Below, piece by piece: positions 1 through 9,971 of a stretch of 64,000 nt of DNA. The notes beneath the pieces were generated by a model. It saw nothing but the letters and a program-made list of their open reading frames with translations. It did not search any database and was not told where the DNA came from. The stretch spans positions 2,604,968 to 2,668,967 of the forward strand of contig CAJFCJ010000009.1 in assembly GCA_904063045.1 (NCBI GenBank), read 5' to 3'. Each line of letters opens with the position of its first letter. The first letter of the stretch is position 1. Made by a program: the position numbers and the translations under genes. Source of the stretch: Dimorphilus gyrociliatus. Its lineage: Eukaryota > Animalia > Annelida.

Positions 1-106
1 TGAGCGTCTAATTTATTAGGGATTCAGTATAAAACGTGTGAAGGTAGAATCCTAACCGGAACTTGGGATTATTTTGCATATTATTTTCTCTGAAAACTGG
101 TATACC

Positions 107-116
107 ATCACGTGAT
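107..116. promoter_or_regulatory. Palindromic E-box ATCACGTGAT (SREBP/USF/TFEB-type), about 450 bp upstream of the MFS ORF
   Basis: Sequence read directly. The same 10-mer occurs within 31302-31315 (extended to CTATCACGTGATAG) and at 44020-44029. Function is inferred. Confidence 0.35.
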
Positions 117-566
117 CGTACGTTTCTCGTTCAATATTTTGAAAAGACTTGTTAAACTCATGCGAACCAATTTTATAATAAAATACAAAGAGATTTTAAA
201 GAATAAATTCATAAAGGAAAATTTTTTTGTTATTATTATCAAGTTTAATATAATAATATATACTTTATAAACAGAGAATATGCAATATATGGATGAGAGT
301 ATTATATTGACATAAAAAAAATTTAATAGAGACTAATAACAAATCCGATTAGGCCTAAGTTAAGCCAATTAAGTAATTATAAAAATATATACGTCATTTC
401 AAGTTTTAAATATCTTCTCTCTGTAGGCCTACATCTACTTTATTTATAAAAGTGTCCACAAAACAAACACATAGTAGATAGACATATACATTTATATATA
501 TATATATATGGGTTTATATCTATATACATGTTTATCTAAGTCTAAATATACAGCTATACTTAAATT

Positions 567-2699
567 ATGGCTTTTATAACTTATATTAATCTTAATTTAG
601 CTGAGATTTGGGCGATTCTTATTAACTTTGCTCATACTTTGTCAGATGTTACTTTTCATACATATTTGTATTATAGACCATGTTCTATTATCGATGATAA
701 AGATATGATATCTTGCTTTCGTTCAAACAATAAAATTATAAATTCAACACTGGAAATAAACTCAATGATCCATGAACCAATTGGAAAATATATCTATTTA
801 GTATGGGGTTTGTTACTTGGTGCTCTTTATGGAGCATGGTCGGATAGAATAGGTCGTAGAACTGGAATGACAATCGTTTCCATTGGTTTAGTTCTCTTCA
901 ACTTCTTCAATGCTTTGGACTATGATGTCATAAAAACCCATGAGCCAATTATTCCGTTTCTTGCAAGATTTCTAGTATCCTTAACAAGTCACTATGTAAT
1001 AATTTATACGCTGGCTTACTCATATTCAGCCGATGTTACGTTACAAAAGAATAGATTAGGTCGCTATGTTCTATTGGATATCGCTTTTCGAATTTCTACA
1101 ATATTGGCTGGAACCTCATTATTATTTCTTACTTTTATAGGTTTTTCACCTATCTTATTAACAAGTATAAATATTGGTTTGCTGGCGGCAGCAGTTACCG
1201 GATATAGTTCTGAAACTGGTTCTATCCGCTACAAACTCAAAGACTCAACTAAATCTAAGAAAAGTAGTTTGTATGAACTTTCTTGGCATTTTCGAGACGC
1301 TTATCACACACTTACCAAACATCGAGAATATAATAGCAGAAGCCACCTCCTTATTTATATTCTCCTATTCGCTTTCAACGATTTATTAAGTAACTGCATT
1401 ACGGAAATAACAACAGTTCTAACCATGAAACATCCGGCTTTGAACTGGGATTCGGTTACTGTTGGTGAATTTCGCTTAGTTTGCGAATTATCCTTATTAG
1501 TGGGTTCAGGTGTCGGCTGGAATATAATAACTCAATCGTCATTTTCTCGTTTTCGAGAACCTCAGTTTATATTAATCGGTTTAGCTTTCAGACTATTGCA
1601 AATATTACCTGTCCTCGTAACAGAAGCGTCTCATGAACCTTATTTAATGGTTGCCATCCTCGGTGTATTCACTTCGTTAATTGGACCCTCAATTCTATCT
1701 CACGCAACTAGTATTGTAGAACCTCACGAAATTGGAAAAGTATTAGGATGTACATTCGGTTTATCGTGTTTTTTGCGTCTACTTTTGGAAGTTATTGGAA
1801 AAGCAACAGTCTATTTGCTGGCCGATGAACCACCCAATGTTGTTTGGGGTCCAATTTTAGGAATTGCCTCATTATTATTTCTATTGCTAGGATTAAATAT
1901 AAGAGATATAGTAAAGCAATACGAAAGAAGGAATCGACATAGATTGTTAGCCAAAGATATATATTCTGAAGAATTGAATAGCACAGGAGATAATACTCCA
2001 TGCGAATACATGAGGAAAGCTACTGGAAATATCAATTCCAGATCAGATGAACCTCAATCTGAATCTATAGAAAAAAGCGATTCCAGGAATATTTTGAGTC
2101 CAATTCTATCGCAAAATTTGCATTCGACTCAACCATCGACATTTCAAATGAATGATGAAGTTCAATTTGCGGAAACGCCAACAAGAGCGGAATCAATTGA
2201 TCCCCAAGTTCCATATGCCAACACTCCCCCATCTGCAAAGCAGCCCTCAAATCGTTTCAACAATGATCTGCAATTGACAACTCCATCGATTGTTAAATCG
2301 GCTTCCGATAAAACTAAACCAAATGCAACAAACGACTCAATAAATCAAATGGATAAGAAAGCCAAGTCTCCAAATAATTCTTTAACAAATTTAGCATCAG
2401 AACCAAAAAAGAATAGTACAACAAAGGAAACTGGTGAATACGACGAGAATAGTTATGCATCTAATTCCGATTCGGAAGAGAGCGATTCTTGTTCTGAATA
2501 CGAATCTGATTCGAAAAACATCATGATGATTGTGAACACTCCTGGTTCAACTCTAGACTCATTTACAAATCTATCTACTTCCCAGATGAAAAGCGAATCG
2601 GTCGGAATCACTAATGGAAACAATATTAAACCTGTTTCTGAAGATAATCTCCTCAAAAGAAGAAATAAGAGAATTCCTACTCTACATAAATCAACGTAA
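567..2699 (+). CDS. MFS transporter, SLC46/PCFT-like, single exon, 710 aa, with a long low-complexity C-terminal tail
   Basis: About 12 hydrophobic segments, MFS motif A (WSDRIGRR), YAYSADVT, and a second-half motif (EPHEIGKVLG). The final ~250 aa are rich in S/N/T/E/K. Confidence 0.8.
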   Translation: MAFITYINLNLAEIWAILINFAHTLSDVTFHTYLYYRPCSIIDDKDMISCFRSNNKIINSTLEINSMIHEPIGKYIYLVWGLLLGALYGAWSDRIGRRTGMTIVSIGLVLFNFFNALDYDVIKTHEPIIPFLARFLVSLTSHYVIIYTLAYSYSADVTLQKNRLGRYVLLDIAFRISTILAGTSLLFLTFIGFSPILLTSINIGLLAAAVTGYSSETGSIRYKLKDSTKSKKSSLYELSWHFRDAYHTLTKHREYNSRSHLLIYILLFAFNDLLSNCITEITTVLTMKHPALNWDSVTVGEFRLVCELSLLVGSGVGWNIITQSSFSRFREPQFILIGLAFRLLQILPVLVTEASHEPYLMVAILGVFTSLIGPSILSHATSIVEPHEIGKVLGCTFGLSCFLRLLLEVIGKATVYLLADEPPNVVWGPILGIASLLFLLLGLNIRDIVKQYERRNRHRLLAKDIYSEELNSTGDNTPCEYMRKATGNINSRSDEPQSESIEKSDSRNILSPILSQNLHSTQPSTFQMNDEVQFAETPTRAESIDPQVPYANTPPSAKQPSNRFNNDLQLTTPSIVKSASDKTKPNATNDSINQMDKKAKSPNNSLTNLASEPKKNSTTKETGEYDENSYASNSDSEESDSCSEYESDSKNIMMIVNTPGSTLDSFTNLSTSQMKSESVGITNGNNIKPVSEDNLLKRRNKRIPTLHKST

Positions 2700-3573
2700 A
2701 CAATATGAGCAAATGGAACAATTTATTTATTTGGATATTTCTATAAATTCTATTTCTTTCTTTTTTTCTTTATAACCTCTCTTAATAAATTATCATTTCT
2801 TTTTTATATATAGTTCATTATTAAAGCTGTTTATAGTTTAGTATATAATCTGTATTACTCTGTATTGTTCATTTATAAACTAACTATCGAAACAGAGGGC
2901 GACACTTGTATATTCTATTCAAAATTCATTAAATTAATTGACGTAATTTTCTAATTAATCACTTTTGATAAATAATATTTCATATATTTTTAATTAAAAA
3001 CTAATTTTCGTAAATTAAAAATATTGTATAACAAATTTTTCGATATATTTTTCGAATGTTCTATTTCGATTATTTTCCATAGAAATAGAACGTTTCCTTG
3101 TTCGTTTTAAAATTCTCTATCGTTAATAAGCATTTAGCAATTTTTTCAAAGGTATTAAGAAAGAAAATAGACCCTTGAGGGATTATGTTGTATTTCTCAA
3201 AGATCCTAAAAGTATGTAATTCAAGGGAGCCTTTTTTTGAACTTAATCTATCCGTTAAGGATGTAAATTTAACGGGGTTCGTTCTTATTATTACTTTTTA
3301 TTATATTAGACGCGAATTGTTGTATTTGCTTAGAGTTTTATAAATTCTATTTACGGGAAAAAGGATTAAAGTCAAACGATGCTATCTTTTTCTTTATTCT
3401 AAATAAATAACTACTGCCATCTATACGGTGTTTTAGAATTAGTAAAAAATATCACTTCTTCCCGTTGTTATTATAATAATAATTGACGTGATTAGTATTG
3501 TTCAAATAAATATTTGGTCTTTTTCAAATATCTTATATTCATATAGTCTTTTTGAAGAAAATCCTGCGAAAGG

Positions 3574-4155
3574 ATGTCTTCAAAATTGAGAGATCCCTTA
3601 AATAATGATGTTCCATCGGACGATGATCTACAAGTAACTAAAGCATTGATGGAAGGAGATGTTGAAGTATTAAGGCAAGAATGCTCCACCGTTATAGGTA
3701 GATTTAAAGTTAGTACAGCTATGCTGTCCGGAATAGAGGAAGCATTAAATGAGAGGAAAGAAGAAGTTGAAGCTGTTGAACATCAGTTGGAATTTTATAA
3801 AAATGACTTAAAAAATATAACTAATGAGATAGAAGAGCTCAAGAAAAAGAAAGAAGATACGAAAGCTGAAAATCAAGGACTCGTCGCTATGCTTAAATAT
3901 GCTAAGGACGAACAAGCGAAAACATTAGAGAGAAGAGACAGTTTACGTCTTTCCAAAAGTAATATGTTGACCATATCCGATAAAAAATTCAGATTCAACG
4001 ACGAAATAGCTAAAAACCTAGCAGACGGAGAAGCTATTTATTGTTGCTTAACTGATTCTGCAATACAAGGTGAATCTGGACGGTTAATGGAAACTATGAA
4101 AGAAAAAGAACCATCGTCTAGAGTTTCTGCTGTTTCAGCTTCGGATCGTATATAA
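3574..4155 (+). CDS. Uncharacterised 193-aa coiled-coil protein, single exon
   Basis: ATG-initiated 582-nt ORF in AT-rich DNA with a heptad-like E/K-rich central region. No family recognised. Confidence 0.6.
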   Translation: MSSKLRDPLNNDVPSDDDLQVTKALMEGDVEVLRQECSTVIGRFKVSTAMLSGIEEALNERKEEVEAVEHQLEFYKNDLKNITNEIEELKKKKEDTKAENQGLVAMLKYAKDEQAKTLERRDSLRLSKSNMLTISDKKFRFNDEIAKNLADGEAIYCCLTDSAIQGESGRLMETMKEKEPSSRVSAVSASDRI

Positions 4156-4334
4156 TCTTAAAGCCAGTCTACTTTAGGCTTCATTTAGAATGAAGATAAA
4201 ATGATAAAATGAAATAAAGGCAGATGGAATTGTTAATCAATCGATTCTCTTTTTTTTATTATTATTGACAAACATAAAAAGTTCAGAGTCAATATATCAT
4301 TGTTTAAAAATGAAATCTTTTATATAATAATCAA

Positions 4335-7300
4335 TCAAAGGGATTGAAATTGACTGAGTGTTGATTTCACCCTGGAGAAAACAAATTATATAAATTAATT
4401 AATTAGCTATAAATTTAAATATAAAATTAACGAACTTTTCATATAATTGTTGATGATCAGTAGCCAACATTTTTTTCAATAATTCCTCAAATCCCATATT
4501 GCGTAACTTTTCTTGTCTACCTTTAGCTCCATCATCCGTTTGGACTAAGTTCCCGAGACAGATAACGGTAGCAGTTTGTAAATTTATATCTATATCATTA
4601 CTCATATACGTTTTCAAAGAATTTAAAATATCATCGTTAGTCATTATGAAATTTTTGCCTGTTTCACTGTCAGCTGCATTTCCAAGTATACAGACAGCCT
4701 AACAAAAAAACAACAAACATAAAATTAAGGAAACGAGTACTTATAATTATTTATGATTTCTCACTTGTTCTTTCACTTCTGATCCACGATCACTCTTGAT
4801 AATCATTAACACAGCTTCACTTATATCTTTACCATGCTGGTGCATAATTTCATCGATATGCTGCTTAAATAGTGATATAGATAGATATATAGAAATTTAT
4901 AAGGTTGCAGAAATAATTGACTTACAGGTTGATTAGAAAGCAAATTTCGAATTAAACCCAAAGTTTTCATAATAACTTCCGAAGAGTCCAACAGTAGTTT
5001 ATTCAAATGTTCCGTACCCAATGTGCTAATGATTAATTTTTTGGTAGATTGCTCAGCTTTAAAAGCTATATTCATCAATCCCCAAACTCCATTAAGACGA
5101 AGTGAACATTCATCCCTCTTACTCAAATCTACAAGTACATCAACAACACCTTGATTTATCAAAGGTTCCTTGCTTGGAGAGAACTCCAAAAGCAAATTAC
5201 AAAGAGTTGATGATGCAACAGTCATTAGTTCATCCGATGCATTTTTAATTAGCTGTTAAATTTAGTAATTTACATCAGGAGAACCTTTAAATCATTTCAT
5301 CTAACCTTCATTAAGGGTTGGCAAACGGAATAGTCTTGAAAGGTTGTCCTCTGCAACTGCACAGATCTCGATAAGCTAAGCATACATCGAACTGCAGCTA
5401 ATTGAACTTTTGCAACGGGATCACTCAAGCCTTGCACAATGTGTCTCATGACAGTCTCCGTTTCGATAATCTGAAAATAATTGGGTTTGATCTTATATTA
5501 TAAAGTATAGAGTAGTCATACCTTTTTTCTTATTTCTTCATCATTAGCACCCAATGAAGCGAAAGCTTTAAACGCAGCTTGTCTTAGCTCATTTCCAACT
5601 ATGATACCATCCTGTTTAGTTGAACAAATTGAGTTAAAATGTACTGCTAAATATACAGCAGATATATATTTATACTTTTTCTTTCGGCATTAAGTCTTTG
5701 TCTATCCAGCTGCCAGGATATTTAAAATACTGTGATAAGGATTGTAAGACGTTTTCGCAAATTGCTGCAGTCTTCTGCAATTCGGTGTCTACTTCAATTA
5801 AGTGAGCCAGGGTTTCAGCTCCTTCAACCCTTTGTTCCCAAGTTTTATCAGATTGGCACATGCGAACCAAAGTAGTTAAAGCCTTTTTTACAATCAGTGG
5901 ATTATTTGCTTCAAGACTCTTGCATCTGTACATGTTAGTAAGACTGAAAAGAAAAAAGAAGATTAATTAATCTCAAAACACCGCTTGACTAATTTCTTCC
6001 GCACAATTTAGCTTTAACAGTTTGTAATTCAACTTCTTCGCCTCTTGACATAGATCTACCAATTATTGATGTTATAGATTCGTTTCCATACATTGCTAAC
6101 AAAAATAGAGTAATTAGAATTTTACCTATTTATTCTATATAATAACTTACTTTCATTGACTTTCATTGCAGCGCGTTCATTATTAGAAACAAGAGAAACC
6201 AAAAACTTTAACGATGACAATTGAACCTAAAAAAACAAGAAATAGAACAGTCAAAAAACAACAACATTCTCTATGCTGAAAATAAAGAGTTTATATCTAT
6301 CAGCGAATGCTTACCCGACGAACGGGAGATGTGATAAGAGGACAGACATTTTCAACGACGCCCATCTTACATAGGAAATCTTGATATTCTTCATTCTGCA
6401 ATAAATTCAAAACGAATAAGTCTTTGAAACAAACAACTTCAAGAGTAAGTTGATTATTTTAATCATAAATATACAGTGAGACGTGGTGGCCGAGTGGTTA
6501 AGGCGATGGACTGCTATCTGTTCAAACTACGTAGAGATCCATTGTGCTCTGCACGCGTGGGTTCGAATCCCACCCGCGTCGATAATTTTTTTTTCTTATA
6601 AATTTGGATTTTTTCACCTATACAACGAATTATGAATTTTCGATTTTTTTTTGGTTCACTAGATGTCGAGACGTGGTGGCCGAGTGGTTAAGGCGATGGA
6701 CTGCTAATAGATTTCGGCAGCTAATCCATTGTGCTCTGCACGCGTGGGTTCGAATCCCACCCGCGTCGCTATTTTTTCCTAATTTTTACAGTTTTTCAAA
6801 TCTCCACTTTGGGAAGACTGAATCCAAGTTTTGATGATGCCGCTTCAAATATCAAGGAGACGTGGTGGCCGAGTGGTTAAGGCGATGGACTGCTATCTAT
6901 TCAAGATATGTAGAGATCCATTGTGCTCTGCACGCGTGGGTTCGAATCCCACCCGCGTCGATAATTTTTTTGAATTTATTATTCCGGTTTTTGTTCGAAA
7001 AGCAGTAAATTTAGAATAATTTTCCAGATAACAACCTGACTGATCGACGAGACGTGGTGGCCGAGTGGTTAAGGCGATGGACTGCTATTCGTTCATACTA
7101 AATTGATATCCATTGTGCTCTGCACGCGTGGGTTCGAATCCCACCCGCGTCGATAATTTTTTCTTTTTTATTTTTCTTACTCTTGATTGCTAAATGCCCA
7201 TCAACTTTTACAGATTTTCTATAAAGTCAACGAGACGTGGTGGCCGAGTGGTTAAGGCGATGGACTGCTAATAGATTTCGGCAGCTAATCCATTGTGCTC

Positions 7301-8397
7301 TGCACGCGTGGGTTCGAATCCCACCCGCGTCGACAAATTTTTTGCCTTTTCTTTAATAAAATTGCTAAAAGACTAATTTACAAAAACATTAAATATAGTC
7401 CTGCACTGGCGCTAAACTTCAATTAAATAACTATCCACTTATCTCATACCTTATTTGCTCTACCTATCTTAAAGTGGTACCTCTTGTATATATACTTTAT
7501 ATATTCACTGTACAAAGAGATTAGAAGTAATACTTACACTGCAACAACTTGACATTATATCCGTAACACATTCTTTTATTGTGTTTGAGTTATAAAGTAG
7601 ATCTATTAATTTTTGGACGAATGCTTCCTATTTAGAGAAGTAATAATTAACCGTTAAAGTAGAGAAAGAATGAAGAATATGTAAATTGAAATCACCTCCA
7701 AAAAGCATTTCTTTGGGCACGAAGGATGCTTCAGTAAATATTTCAAGCATCTTAGACAATTTTCAATCAAAAGAACATTATCCGATGATAAAGCTATATT
7801 ACGATAACAAAATTAATTAGATAATAAAAAATTTATTTGCAGATAATATTTCTGCTAACAAACCTTTAACCACAATTTCAAATGAACCATTTTCAATTAA
7901 TATTTGAGCATTCTCTTGACCTCCTAGAGCCAAACTTGTCATAATAACAGCCGAGATGATTTTAATATCTTCATCAGTATCACTACTTGCTAAAAACTCG
8001 TGTAATCTAAGTGAATAGGGATAAGACATAGTAAGCTTTTTTTAATAAACATCCTGTAAATCTAATTACTGTAACAGCAAAATTATATTTTTACCTAAAT
8101 AAGAGACGTGTTTTTAAGTAGTTCTTTTTATTTCTCTTATTCCCTATTATATCATCTCTAAGACGTCTGTAAGACAAACATAAAAGAAATCTTTTTAAAT
8201 GGATTATTTCGTTAATGAGAAAATGTATTACCTTAGACTCCCCAACCATTGGGAATCGTCGTTGCTCATAATACCGTCTAAAGGGTGAATAACAACAGTA
8301 AGACTCTCCTCAACTTCCTGAAAAGTTTTAAAAAGTAAGATAAAACTTAATAGAAAACAAACAAATAATGGTGATAAATTACCATTTCCGTTTCCAT
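4335..8397 (-). CDS. ARMC8: Armadillo repeat-containing protein 8 (GID/CTLH complex subunit), multi-exon
   Basis: Exon peptides match ARMC8: [56 protein letters not shown]. Start is METEM (ATG at 8397). The last exon [12 protein letters not shown] ends at 4335. The junctions I checked are GT-AG. Confidence 0.95.
6480..6581 (+). tRNA. tRNA-Ser-GCT: tRNA-Ser(GCT) copy 1 with 20-nt intron 6517-6536
   Basis: Acceptor stem GACGTGG/CCGCGTC, A-box TGGCCGAGTGG, anticodon arm ATGGA-CT-GCT-A|A-TCCAT, long variable arm, B-box GGTTCGAATCC and an oligo-T terminator. Mature length is 82 nt. Confidence 0.95.
6670..6768 (+). tRNA. tRNA-Ser-GCT: tRNA-Ser(GCT) copy 2 with 17-nt intron 6707-6723
   Basis: Exons identical to copy 1. 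Intron ATAGATTTCGGCAGCTA. T-run terminator follows. Confidence 0.95.
6859..6960 (+). tRNA. tRNA-Ser-GCT: tRNA-Ser(GCT) copy 3 with 20-nt intron 6896-6915
   Basis: Exons identical to copy 1. Intron TCTATTCAAGATATGTAGAG. T-run terminator follows. Confidence 0.95.
7051..7152 (+). tRNA. tRNA-Ser-GCT: tRNA-Ser(GCT) copy 4 with 20-nt intron 7088-7107
   Basis: Exons identical to copy 1. Intron TTCGTTCATACTAAATTGAT. T-run terminator follows. Confidence 0.95.
7234..7332 (+). tRNA. tRNA-Ser-GCT: tRNA-Ser(GCT) copy 5 with 17-nt intron 7271-7287
   Basis: Identical to copy 2 including the intron. T-run terminator follows. Confidence 0.95.
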
Positions 8398-9030
8398 CGT
8401 ATGGCTAAATAGAAAATACAAATTTATTCTTCTTTATTTTTTCCCTACAATATAGAAAGAAAACTTCTTTTATTTTTTAATACGTTCAATAAAACTTGAA
8501 AATGTTCGATTTTATTGATTCTTCACTCTGTTTTGAAAATAGTTAAGTTTTTTTGGTAATAAGAAAATATATCACATATATTAACACTAGTATTAAAAAA
8601 AATTTAAATAAAGCTATCTTTATTGATGGTTAATGAAAAATTTGTTCTAGAATAGAAGAATTATAAAATAGTATAACACGAAAAAGAACATCGCAATTTA
8701 GAATGAAAACAATTCTGCATTCAATAATTTATTATTACATCTTATAAACATCATGATAAAAGAAGAAAATATATTTTAAAATATATAATAACTGTAGTAA
8801 AAAGAAATGTTGCTTAAAATAGTATAAAATGTCAATTTTATTAACAAAACATCATTTCACTTCTGTAAACATATCCATTTACGAATTCAAATTGATAAAA
8901 AAATAGATTTATTTAAATCGGTTCTCTACCAAACTTAATCATTTTACATCCCTTTCACTCATGTAACTATAAAATACCATGCATACTTACTCTTCTTAAC
9001 TATTTATCCGATTTAACAGATATTTTACAT

Positions 9031-9078
9031 GTCAGCAGCCATGTTTGACCTTCACAGTTGTATAGTGCCATCTACAGT
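9031..9078. promoter_or_regulatory. Conserved non-coding module, copy A (CAGCCAT / TGACCTTCACA / TGCCATCTA)
   Basis: Aligns ungapped, 35/48 identical, with 13297-13344 while the flanks do not align. Confidence 0.5.
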
Positions 9079-9443
9079 CAAGACAGCGTATTATTAAGAA
9101 TTTAGTTTTCAAACAGAAATCGATTGAATCCCGTTCGAAATACCACTTGAACCTCAAAAGTAATTTGTTAGAATACCTTAACAACCAATTATTTATGGGA
9201 ATTAAGGTTTTTTTCGAAATTAATATTTAGATCAGAGCTAAAAATAAAAAAAATAAAAACTAATAGCTGGCTTCAAACATACTTTACATCAGAAATATAT
9301 TTAAGCAAAAACCCTATAAATGTATCAGACTTTTTGAAATGTAACAGCCAAGTTTATAGAAAACAATGATTAACGACAAGATTTTTTCAGTAATTTAATA
9401 AATTAAATAAGAAAACATTGAGAAGATACTTTGATTTTTAATC

Positions 9444-9971
9444 TATTAAAACTTTTGCCATTGACCTAATATGGTATCTTTTATAGCATTTACATATTGA
9501 GATGGTACCCAATATAACCATAATCTTGATTGTTCAGTTGGTCCCAATTGAATTGCCATCATATGATATTCTTCACTTCCATTAATTGGTTCACTTGATA
9601 CATTATGAATACTTTGCATCTTTACTTTGTTTGTTCTATCCTGTAAACAACATAATTTCTTTCATATTAGATATTCAAACATTATACAAACAATACACGA
9701 TAAATGTTCTTTTTATTGGTGTTTTTTGTTTATTACTTACTTTTGTACTGATCCAAACTTCGTCTTGCTCCATTTTGAATGTTAGTCGTATTTTAGCACC
9801 TTTACTGTTATACATACCCGTTATCGGGACAGGGGGGAGACGTTCTCTTTTGCCTTTCACTCCAATCATAGCATCATCTGGCTTTCCATACTTTTCTAGA
9901 ATGTTACAATGAGGTTTCTGTTTACTAAGTGGTTCTTTAGCTGTAGCTCCTGTACTCTCTACTGTTCCAGA
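9444..9971. repeat. 528-bp direct repeat, copy 1 (3' half of UBFD1 paralogue 1 including a 100-nt intron)
   Basis: Base-by-base reading found no mismatch with 13879-14406 (offset 4435). The ORF track gives identical 108-aa antisense ORFs at 9586 and 14021. Confidence 0.95.

Noticed and set aside
6604-7019. ORF-track peptides of 76 aa and 62 aa over the tRNA cluster
   Set aside because: They are chance frames through GC-rich tRNA genes.
6480-7332. Regularly spaced identical repeats with variable inserts resembling a CRISPR array
   Set aside because: The repeats are tRNA exons with A/B boxes and cloverleaf structure. The context is eukaryotic and there are no cas genes.
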